From NCBI RefSeq assembly GCF_018350175.1, contig NC_058380.1:91574001-91638000 (forward strand): a stretch of DNA of 64,000 bases, written 5' to 3'. A model generated the notes under the pieces. It was not told where the DNA came from and searched no databases. It worked only from the letters and a program-made list of their open reading frames with translations. The position numbers were made by a program, and so were the translations under genes. The DNA is from Felis catus (Eukaryota). This document shows, one piece after another, positions 11,401 to 21,699 of the stretch; within the stretch, counting starts at the first letter, position 1, and the number at the start of each line of letters is the position of its first letter.

Positions 11401-12835
11401 TGGCATCTTCCAGCCCCCAGTGGCTGGGAACTTCATGGTGAGTCCAGGGGGTGGGAGTGGGGGCGGGTGCCCTGTGGCGTGTGGGGCCTGCTCATGGGGA
11501 GACCGTACCCCCCTTGCAGGCCTTCTCTGCTTTCTTCTACACCGTGGACTTCCTAAGGTCTGTGATGGGGCTTCCCGTGGCAACCCTGCAGCAGTTGGAG
11601 ACAGCCGTAGTCGCCGTCTGCAACCAGACGTGGAGTCAGGTGAGGCCTACTCCCGCCTTCCCCGGGGTTGCACAGGAGGCCCCGGTCAGCTGGCATCATG
11701 CCTCCCTGAGGCCCGACCCTAGAACCGAGATCTGGAGGACAGAGCGAATAGCAAAGGCCCCGTGGCAGCAGGGCACACAGAGGGAGATGGGGTGGGGACT
11801 GGTTGCAGCGGGAAGGACCGGCGGAGTTTAGGGGTGGGGAAGCCAGACTTTGAAGACAACACCCAGGCTCCTGGGGTCTGCCCCCGGTTAGACGCTGTTA
11901 CCAAGAAAAGGAAGACGGAAGCGCTTGCTCAGGCGGAGTGTCAGGTGTCTGCCAGACCCCGGGAGAAACACAGTGTCTGTGGGCTCTGGTGGTGACCGAG
12001 GCCCCGTCCTGTCTTCTCGGGGTCTAGTCACGGGCAGACTTAGGGGGGGCGGGGAAGCGGGGGACAAAAGGCCAGCCCAAGGTCCATGCGGAGGGCCTGG
12101 AGCTTCTCCTGTTGCCCTGACCACGGGCTAAGGTCGCTGCCAGCCTGCTGCGCCCTGGGTGGTCATCCCTGCTGTGCCCCGGGGGGCCCACCTCCGGGGC
12201 GGGGGTGTCCACGGCCATCCATCCACAAGTCACACTGTCCTTCCTGGAGGGCACAGTCCTGCCCTGGGGGGGGGGGCGGGGGGAGGAGGTGGCCCCTCTG
12301 GCCCCTCACTGCCCGTGGGTGTGTGTTGGGGGGAGGGGTGCTGCACGCCACCGGCCAGCTCTCCTCGTGGGCCCGGACCTCCAGGTGGCGGCCGGCCCGA
12401 CAGTCTCCCCCGCGCGTCCCAGCTGCAGGCTAAGGCTCCAGGGCAGCGGGCCCGCCTGCCCGACTACTGCGCGGGGGCCATGTTCGTGCAGCAGCTGCTG
12501 AGCCGCGGCTACGGCTTCGACGAGCGCGCCTTCGGAGGGGTGACCTTCCAGAGCAAGGTAGGAACTGGCGGGGGTGGGGGTGGGGGACCCCCGGGCCGCG
12601 CGGAGGCTGAGGCCGTGCCCCTCGCCCGCAGGCCGGGGACACCGCGGTCGGCTGGGCGCTCGGCTACATGCTCAACCTGACCAACCTGATCCCCGCCGAG
12701 CCGCCGGAGCTGCGCAAGGGCACAGACTTCAGGTCCTGGGTCGCGCTTCTCCTGCTCTTCGCCGCCATGCTTCTGGCCGCCGTGGTCATGCTGCTGCGCC
12801 AGGCGCGCTCGGCCGGGGCGTCGAGCGCCATCTAG
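7915..12835 (+). CDS. ENTPD2: Ectonucleoside triphosphate diphosphohydrolase 2 (NTPDase2/CD39L1), 9 coding exons, 495 aa
   Basis: Exons 7915-8031, 9290-9407, 9927-10077, 10261-10420, 10501-10728, 11183-11437, 11520-11639, 12423-12557, 12632-12835. All introns GT-AG; total 1488 nt. Apyrase conserved regions [30 protein letters not shown] and WALG; N- and C-terminal TM helices. Confidence 0.97.
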
Positions 12836-13193
12836 CGGCGGACCGGGTCCCGGCTCCCCGTCCCACCCGTGACGCCTCCGCCCGCAACGCTGCTCCGGCC
12901 GAGACTGGGGGCCGGGCCCACGGGGGACCGGGGTGGGCGAAGGGAGCCACCTCCGGCCCCTGCCTGCCTGCTGCAGCCTTCTCCAGCCTCCAAGGTCTCC
13001 TGCTCCTCCCCGCGCCCCTCCCCCCCCCCCACTTCCTGGGGGTGGGGGATTCAGACCTCCCCGGAGCCCTGGGCGGGTGACTTCAGGACTGGGTGTCTAG
13101 GGACCCCCACCCCGCCCTCGGGAGTCTGGGTCTGCATCGGGGCGGTCAGAGCCCACAGGCTGGGAACGCAGCGCTTCCTTGTGACAATTTTGT

Positions 13194-13199
13194 AATAAA
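13194..13199 (+). terminator. Polyadenylation signal of ENTPD2 (AATAAA)
   Basis: First AATAAA ~360 nt after the stop codon. Confidence 0.8.
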
Positions 13200-14499
13200 A
13201 GCTTCTTCCTAGAGCAGCGGAATGTTCCTAGGGTGGGGCCTCCTTGCTGCTGCCTGCCCTCCCTCCCTCCCCACAGCTATGTTGGCCAGGAAGGCCTGCT
13301 GCTGGTCCCCAGGGTGGCCCCGGGCTCCTTCTCCTTCCTTCTTCTCTGGGCCCGGACCGGAGCAGTGAGGGAACCCTGGTCCCCTGGTCCCCTGGTCCCC
13401 TGGTCCCAGTGTGTGGCCTGGAGTAGCTGTGGGGTGGCCGAGCCAACACAGACCCCGTGTCCCCTGAGTCTTCTCCGGCCAGCAGTGCCCCTGCGGCACC
13501 TCCAGATCTGCATCAGTGACCCAAGCAAGATTGGAGCTGGGCCCTGGCCTGGAATTGGCCTGGGGGTGGGGGTGAGGGCGGGGAGCGTGGAGGTGGTGGA
13601 AATAGTGGGCAAGGCAGCTGTCTGGCTGCAGTCAGTGCTGGAAGAGTGAGGGGGGCGGTGGACAGACCCTCGGCAGGAAGCGGTGTTGGGGGCTGTTGTG
13701 ATCAGGACCAGGAGGGCCGCGGGGCCCATTGCTCAGAGAGACGAATCCCGTGAAGAGGCTGGGCTGTAAAGCCCAGGGGCCACCACACTGGGACGCGGCT
13801 CCCTTCCTGCCTGGGTGTGGTCTTCCGTACCCCCAAGAAGCACCAGGTGCCCCCACCTGCCGCTCCTGCAACCTCCCCCCCCAAGCACTGTTGCACTGTT
13901 TGTTAATTTAATTTTTTAATTTTTCCCCAGCATGGGAATGCATGGTCTTGCCTATGTCTCCCTGCCCCCAACCTTTCTAGAAAGTGAGTGCAGACACCAT
14001 TTCTGTCTGGTCATTGCAGCGCTTGAGGGCAGCGCTTGCTCTGGGGTTTTGAGCCATTTCACGAGCCCGAGGGCAGCCAGCCCTACCTTTGGGATTGTGA
14101 CACAAAGGGCTGAGAAGACGCATCGGGTGTGGAGGCTCACCCCTGTTCTCTCGGCAAGGTGAGCCGGAGGGAGGTTTCCAGGTGGCAGGGGTGGCTGTGC
14201 TCTCTGGAGGCAACCGGTGCGCTGTAAGGGTGTGCATCCATAGGTGCGTGCTGCCGTGAGGCCTCAGGGAGCTAAAGGCTGTCACCTAGGGACCGTGGAC
14301 AGCTCCCAGCCGCTCCAGGTCGCTCTTGCCCCCTGGCGGCCTCACTGAGAGCAGCCGCCCCATTCCCCCGAGCGGTCACCAGCACCCGCCTGGTTCTGCG
14401 AGGGTCTGCTGCTGTCCATGTGTCCCTGAGGGCCCAGGTGCGGACGCACCTGTCCACCCGTGTGCGCCTGGTGTCCCTGTGTTCCTGGGGCTCGCGCCT

Positions 14500-15500
14500 C
14501 CAGGCCCAAGGCAGGTGCCTCGCTCCAGCGGGGCGGAGGTTGGGTGGGAATTGACGACAGAGAGGGGACCCGAGGGAAGTGTGTCCCGCGGAAGCCCACC
14601 CCAGGCCTAGCCGGGTTTGTGGAGGACAGAGAAGGCCCCCGGCTGCAGAGGCCACAGAAGTCGGGGCGCCCCGAGGCCCCGAGCGAGGAGGTGGAATCGG
14701 AACTAGAGGAAGGGGGAGGGGGCGCAACCTGGAGGCGCCGGCCCGCCCCCGCAGGTGGAGCGCGCAGGCGCACTCCCCGAGCGCCTCCCGCCGCCGCGCC
14801 TGGATCCCGGATCCTTTGCCGCAGCGTCAGCGCCGCCGCCGCCGCCGCCGCCTCTTTTCCGCCTCCTTTCCTCCTCCGTCTCCGCCTCCGCTCCCTCCTC
14901 CTGCTCCGGCTCCTCCGCCTCCCGGACGCGACGCCCGCAGCCCGCGCCGAGCCCCGGGCCGCGCGGTGCCATGCTGCCCCGGCGGCGGCGCTGAAGGATG
15001 GCGACGCCGGTCCCTCCGCCCTCCCCGCGACACCTGCGGCTGCTGCGGCTGCTGCTCTCCGGCCTCGTCCTCGGCGCGGCCCTGCGCGGTGCCTCCGCCG
15101 GCCGCCCGGGTGAGCCAGCGCGTCCAGCGCAGGCCGCGGGGGCGCCCGGGGGCCGGGGAGCGCTCGGCTGCGCGGCGCCGCCGCCCTCGCCCGGCCGCAG
15201 GCCCCGCCTCGCCCGGGATGGGTAAACAGGCTGGGCCCGGAGGGCGCGGCGCCCTAGGGGCCGCCGAAGGGCTCCCCCGGATGGCGCTTCTCTGGGTTCC
15301 TGGCGGCGAACCCGAAGTTCACGCGCGTCTGGCCTTTGTCTCTGGATACGTGGGCTTGTTCTGTGTGTGCCTGTGTCTGAGGAGGGTTCTCTCCGGGTGG
15401 GCCCGCCGCTGGGAGTCTGTCCTGTGCGCGTCTGTGTGTGTGCGCTTCTCGGCCTCCGCGTGTCCGGGCCTGGCTCCGGGTGCCTGCCGGCCTTGCTGCT
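14500..15500 (+). promoter_or_regulatory. CpG island promoter of NPDC1
   Basis: Very high CpG density around exon 1, GC boxes near 14740 and a (GCC)7 run at 14832-14852. Confidence 0.8.
14971..14994 (+). other. Upstream ORF (MLPRRRR*) in the NPDC1 5'UTR
   Basis: gccATG CTG CCC CGG CGG CGG CGC TGA, ending 3 nt before the main ATG at 14998. Confidence 0.6.
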
Positions 15501-18500
15501 GGTGTCCGTCCTGGGGACTGCCTGTCCCCGTGTGTCGGGTGGCGGTGGGGACGAACCTTACCTTGCTGCGGTGGGGGAGTCTGAGTTGTCCCAGGCTTAG
15601 GGGCTTGTTCTGGCCTCAGTGGGGCAGGAGAGCTACCAGTCTGGAGCTTCCTCCCTCACCTCCTGCCCTGGAGGGCCCCCTTATGCGCTAGGGGCTGAAG
15701 GGCACCCCCCAAGGTATGCTCCGCAGAGCCTGAGGAGCCCAGCGTCCTGGGAGATGGGCAGTGAGGCTCCAGGTCCGAAGGTCTGCGGGAACCCAGGATC
15801 CAAAATGCACCCCCACTCCAGGGCTGAACTGGGAGACTGTGCTCACACATTCATTCACTTCTCCTGACAGCAGCACAGGAGAGGTGCTATTCTTAGCCCA
15901 TTTTACAGGTGAGAAAACAGGTACAAAGAAGTTAAGTGACTGGTAGGTGGTACAGCTGGGGTGCCAACCTGGGCCGTGTGGTTCTGTGGGAGGCCTCCAG
16001 AGGCCTCCTGGGCATAGCACCCCTGGACAGGGGGCCGGGGCACGGCTGGCCAGGGATCGTGAAGGCTGCCTGCTGAGAAGCTGACACTAGAGCACGAAGG
16101 GTGGGGCCTCCCGAGGAAATGCAGCCTCTGTGCTGAGCCCCTGGGGTGGGCAGTTGCTGTCCCCGCTGCTGATCAGCCTTATGCTCTCACAGATGTGGGA
16201 TGTGGTGCCAGCCAGTCTCCAGCTGCCGCTGTTCCTGGGACCTCATCCTGCGCCCGAGGCGGGACTGGGGACTGTCCCTGGGGCCTCGTCCTGCACCCGA
16301 GGCGGGGGGGAGGGGGACTTTCCCAGGATTAGCGAGGCAGCAGCCATGTCTTTCTAGGCTGGAGGACTGGGAGTGGAGGGAGGCCTCTGCAACCCAGACC
16401 CTGGCACCAGCTTTGCGCTTTGGGCCTCTACCCCTGGCCTAGTGCACTCTGGGTTCTCAGCACCAGGAGCAGGGACTGTCTGGCTTCTTGGGCACCCAGC
16501 TGGTGGGTGGGGTCCAGACTGATGGGCTGACACAGGCTTAACGTTTAACTAGCCCACGCCCCAGGTCGGCTTTCTGATACCGGTGCCTGCTGACCGGAGG
16601 TAGTGCAGGATGGGGTCCCCGGGATGGGAGTCTGCCTGCTTGCCGCAAGGACTGCTGGGACTTCCTGCCTACAGACAGGAGGCTGGGAGTATCAGGTTAC
16701 CAAGGAAACCAAGTCAGGCCAGCCAAGGTCTGGAGAAGGACAGGGCCGGGGAGTCCCTGATCCCTCACATACCTTGGGCTCTAATGGTCCTCCTGCAGTA
16801 TATGTGTGTGTGTGGGGGGGCTAGGTAGAGAGGAGTAGTCCTAGTTCTCCAGAGATGCCCCATCCCAGCCTCCCCAACCAGAATTGACGGGCCCGCTGGG
16901 TACCTTCCGGGGTCCTCTGGCTCTGCTGCTCATACCTGGGGCCAGCGTCCCAGGCCTTGGGAGATTCCCTCGTTTCGAGGCAATTCTCCTGCATCTGAGA
17001 AGGGAAACGGGCGTGGAGGCCTACTAGCTGCGTATACAGGACTCCCCGGTCCCTGGCAGCGTGGCTGCAAGGGTGACCCTGGCCTGGCTTCCGTATTTCA
17101 AGCAAGTCAGATTTGCTGACCCTATTCTAGAGCTCCCCAACCCAGCAACTTCTCTGTGCTCTGGTGACAGGCCAGAGGTCAGACGCTGGAGGAAGGGCTG
17201 TCTTCCCTTGTTCTAGGCTGTCTTCCGGCTCTGCTCTGGGGCTGGGGGATGGCATGCTGGGACTTGCAGGACAGTCCTGACGTGGTGGGAGAGGTGGGCG
17301 GCCAGCATCCTACGCTGTCCCTCTCAGAGACGGACCTGGGCCCCACCTTCCGGGGCTCCCAGTCTGGATGGAAGGTCCAGGGCTTGTTCCGGGCACGTTG
17401 CAACTGCAGGCAGGACCCAGAGCGCTGCACGGCCCTGGCCAGGAGCGCTGTTGCTGTGCAGCCAGTGAGGGAGGGCTTCCTTACAGGGCTGGCTCAGGCC
17501 TCCCAAGTGGACTCTGGGGAGTGGGTGGGGCAGGGAAGTTCCAGTAAAATGTTGGGACTGCTTGTCTTCCTGGTCCTGGTTTCTGGCTGTTGGGGGGAAG
17601 GGCCTGCCCAGAACAATGGCCGGAGCCAGGCCAATGGGTCGGCTCAGTGGGGGAGGAGTGGCCAGGGCGGTACTGTCTCTGTGCAGGGGCTGAGCCAAGC
17701 AGGGCGGTGACCTGGCTCTGCTTCCTTCCTAGATGCCGCCGTCTGTCCTGGGAGCCTGGACTGCGCCCTGAAGAGGCGGGCACGGTGCCCCCCGGGCGCG
17801 CACGTCTGTGGGCCCTGCCTTCAGCCCTTCCAGGAAGATCAGGAAGGGCTCTGTGTACCCAGGATGCGCCGGCCTGTGGGTATGGGAGAGAAGGATGTCC
17901 TCCGCCCTCCCCTGTCCTGACACATTCGCCACTCAACCTCGGCTCCTAGGTCCCTTGAGCTTTGTCAGGTGCCGGAGACTCTTCTGTCTCCGAGTAGCCT
18001 GGTGATCTTTCCAGATAGCACCAGCCCAGAGCCTGGCAGTGTGCCGAGGCCTGGGGCAGTTAGCCCCTACCGGGACAAAGGGTGTGTGGTGTGAAATGCT
18101 GGGGTGACTCCAGGAGAGAAGGGGGTTAGAGCTCCCCAAGTCCTATCCCCTGGGCTGCCCCGGCTCCTCGCCCAGGGTGACCTCTTTCTCCGTGGCTCAC
18201 TCACCCTGTGCAATCCATGTGGCTTACCGACCGATCTGAGCCCAGGATGTCTGGACAGCCAGCCAGATGCTGAGTGACTTCAGGTGTGAAGGGGATTACA
18301 GAGGGATGCCGGGGGAGCTGAAGTCTGGTGGGGCAGGAGGACCTTCCTGGCTGTAGGGGAGGCAGGGGAATGAGATGTACAGGCTTGCTTCTAGAAGGTG
18401 GCAGGTGTCCTGCTCTTCGATGCTGTGCAGAGTGTCGGCCTGGAGCCTCTGTCTGAGCTGTGGAGCCCACGGCAGGGATGGGGAGGAGGAGCCGAGACAC

Positions 18501-20351
18501 CAGCCCCACTCAGAGAGCTGCCCTCAGTTCCTACTGATGACCTGGGGAGGGGGGGACAGAATGGGGCCTCTCCCCTCTTCTTGAGGAGCCACTGCCTGTC
18601 TTGGTAGAGAAGGGGTGGAGTGATGCATGGGTAACAGGTAGGGCGAGGAGCACCCTGCCCTTCTCCTCCTAGCCTCTGCACATTCCCCTAACTCCTCCGC
18701 TCCCTTGCCCCCACCCCCACTTTCCTGGGAAAGCTGCCGCTCCTGTGGACTGCCTTCGGCTGTCACCATGGCAACTCGGGATGGCCGGGGCTGGCAAGCT
18801 GGTACCTGATCCTCTGGCCACCACCGGCCCCTGGGAGGAGCCTGGAGGGAGAAGGAGGCCTAGGCCTGGAGTCTGCTTCCCGGACCGGCCTCACCTTCTC
18901 TGGAGGGCCGCCTGCAGCTGGCGTTGCCAGGGATGGGCTAGGAGCCTCTCCATCTGATGGCTCCTCCCCCCACCCCACCCCCCAGGGGAGAACCTGCCCA
19001 GGACGAGACTGGAAGACGAGATTGACTTCCTGGCCCAGGAGCTGGCCCGGCAGGAGCCCCGGCACTCCAGGCTCACGGCCCAGCCCCAGCTTGAAGGCGG
19101 ACAGCAGCACCTGGAGCCCGGTGAGCCCCAGCCGGTCCCCCTGCGTCTCCCCACCACTTTTGACCCCCCAGGCTGGTCCTGTGCTCTAACCGTACCCTGC
19201 CTTCTCTCTGCAGCAGCCACCCTGGGGCTCTCAGAGCGTCGCCAGGGCCCCAACCTGGGCCTCCCCTCCACTCGGGGAGCCCCGACACCCACGGTCCACA
19301 CATCCTTGGGCTCCCCTGTGTCGTCTGGGCCGGTGCACATGTCTCCCTTGGAGCCCCGGGGCGGGCGCGGTGACGGCCTCGCCCTCGGTAGGTCTGCGGG
19401 TCTGTAGGTCTCGGTGGGCCGGATGCAGGGTCCCGCCCAGAAGGCCGTCCTCCTCACCGCGCCCCCTCCCCGCAGTGCTCGTCGTGGCGTGCTCGGTAGC
19501 CGGCGCGGCTGCTCTCGCCGTGGCCGCTCTCTGCTGGTGCAGGTGAGCGCGGGGCGGGCCGGGCGGACTGGGGACCGCGGGCGGCGACCCCGCGGGTCTC
19601 AGGCTCCACTCCCCGCAGGCTGCAGCGAGACCTCCGCCTGACTCAGAAGGCCGACTACGCGTCCCCGCAGGCGCCGTGCTCCCCAGCGACGCCCGGGATC
19701 TCGGTGCGTGGCCCCGCCCCGCCGCCCCACCGCCCCGGCCCGGCCCCTTCCCGCCGCGGCCTGACCTCCCTGCCCTCCCCCTGCACAGCCGGGCGACCAG
19801 AGGCTAGCGCACAGCGCCGAGATGTACCACTACCAGCACCAGAGGCAGCAGATGCGGTGCCTGGAGCGGTGAGAGGCCCCACCCGGTCTGCCGGTCCCCA
19901 TACCAGCCAACCTACCCGGCCCGGCCCTGCCGGCTGCGGCTCGCCCCCCCTCCCCCCCCCCCCCCCCCCCCAACCCCCCAGCCCGCCGCCCCTGCCCTTG
20001 GGCTCTGGGGCCAGACGCTCCGAGGCCCCCCTTGCAGCCCGGGCCACCTGCGCTGGAGGGTGTGGGAGGACCGAGCCGTCCCGCCCCCCACCCAGGCATA
20101 AAGAGCCGCCCAAGGAACTGGAGTCGTTGTCGTCCGACGAGGAGAACGAAGACGGCGACTTCACGGTGTACGAATGCCCCGGCCTGGCCCCCGTAAGTGC
20201 TGGGGCCGGGGGTGTGGGGGGGCACTTACTGCCTCCTGGGCCGCTCTCCCGTGCACCCCGAGCCTGACACTGGCCTTCACAGACCGGAGAAATGGAGGTC
20301 CGGAACCCGCTGTTCGATCAGTCGTCGCTGGCCGTGCCCCTGCCGCAGTGA
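14998..20351 (+). CDS. NPDC1: Neural proliferation, differentiation and control protein 1, 9 coding exons, ~321 aa
   Basis: Exons 14998-15109, 17733-17879, 18986-19120, 19214 (or 19217)-19387, 19476-19542, 19619-19703, 19789-19868, 20096-20192, 20283-20351. Signal peptide MATPVPPPSPRHLRLL, Cys-rich CPGSLDCALKRRARC, a TM helix, and the conserved tail AEMYHYQHQRQQM...DEENEDGDFTVYECPGLAPTGEMEVRNPLFD. Confidence 0.96.
15845..15990 (-). mobile_element. MIR element fragment
   Basis: Core CCCATTTTACAGGTGAGAAAACAGG..AAGTTAAGTGACT. Confidence 0.65.
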
Positions 20352-20630
20352 CCCGAAGGCTGCCGCCCACCGGCTCCCGGACCGCACGGCCCACGGGTGG
20401 GGAGGGGCAGGGCTTGGAGTTTCCCCCTACAGAGACCGTGTTGAAGGTGGGCGTGCTTGTGGCTGGGCCAGGGCACCAGGGCGGGACCCCCTCATTGAGC
20501 AGACTCAGCCCCCGCCTGCCAGGGACCACGTTCCCCTTGCACCTGCCCTCTGGAGTGAGAACCGCAAATGAGGGGATGGGGCGAACCCCCTAAAGACCAG
20601 GTGCGGATGAGGCACCCTGGAGACAAAACC

Positions 20631-20636
20631 ATTAAA
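20631..20636 (+). terminator. Probable polyadenylation signal of NPDC1 (ATTAAA)
   Basis: Common variant hexamer ~280 nt after the stop, in a locally AT-rich patch. Confidence 0.65.
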
Positions 20637-21477
20637 ATACATTTCAAACCGACCATCTTGGCGTGTGCTGGAGACCGGCCTCCGTCCCACCATCTGGGGC
20701 TGCGGAGGATGGGGGTGCAGTGGGGACCTGGGGCTCCTCCCACGCTCTGAGGGGGGGGGGAGGGGCATCTCTGCCCCCTGCTGGGGAAGAGAGGCTTTAT
20801 TTTTCCACCAACACGGAGGACCACCCTTATCCAGTTTCCCCTGTGGGCCTCACCCCTACTGAAACTTCTCTCTCAAGTTGGGGAGGGAGGGGTGAAATGT
20901 GGGGCCAGGCGGGTCTGGAGTCGGTACCACCCCCTAAAAGAGCCCATTCCGTGTATGCTAAAAAGGGCAGGGGAGCGGGGGAAGTGGGCGCCCACGCACA
21001 CCTGGCAGTGGGCACCCGAATGCCATTCTGCAGTTGCCCACCTGGGCCAGAAGGCGGGGAAGAAGCAGGCGCTGAGTGTGGGTTTGTTACAGGGACCACA
21101 GAGACACCTGGGCCCCTGCAGCACGTGGGCACGGCAGGCAGAGGGACCTGAGGGCTGCGGGCTGCACGCAGACCAGGGTGGAGCAGGTGAGGGGGGAGAG
21201 GTGGCCGGGGCCCTGAGTGTCAGGAACTGGGTCTTGGCCCACACCAGCCACCCACCCGGGAGCAAGGATGCCGGTGGAGGGGAAGAGTGACCTTCAGGTG
21301 AAGGTTCAGAGCGGGGGTGAGGGGGACCGCGCTGTGTCATCAGAGGTGTGGAGGGGTTTCAGGGAACAGGAGGGCCTACTGCAGACGCGGACGGGGTGCA
21401 GGGATTGGACCCGTCTGCCCCACTGAGGCTGGGGGCCGGGGGGAGAGGGTTGGGTTCAAGAGAGGAATCTGAATTTC

Positions 21478-21500
21478 TTTTTTAATGTTTACTCGTGTAT

Positions 21501-21547
<47 letters not shown>

Positions 21548-21699
21548 CAGAGACAGAGAGAGCGGAGGAAGGGCAGAGAGGGAGAGAGAGAATCCCTAGC
21601 AGGCTCCGTGCTGTCAGCTTAGAGCCAAACGTGGGACCCAACTCATGAACCGTAAGGTCCTGACCCGAGTCAAAGTCAAGTTGAGCCACCCAGGCACCC
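21478..21699 (-). mobile_element. CAN-SINE with (GA)n microsatellite
   Basis: Long (GA)n at 21504-21560, then GAATCCCTAGCAGGCTCC..GAGCCACCCAGGCACCC. Confidence 0.9.

Noticed and set aside
13374-13407. (CCCCTGGT)x4 repeat after the ENTPD2 poly(A) site
   Set aside because: Short intergenic tandem repeat with no evident role.
14286-14306. RE1/REST-like site upstream of NPDC1 (..GGACCGTGGACAGCTCC)
   Set aside because: Right half matches but the left half-site deviates from TCAGCACC; too weak without a PWM score or ChIP data.
14579-15691. 370-aa Arg/Pro-rich ORF (and similar ORFs at 29692-30621 and 7747-8667)
   Set aside because: Low-complexity CpG-island frames; only the exon-1 portions in the correct frame are coding.
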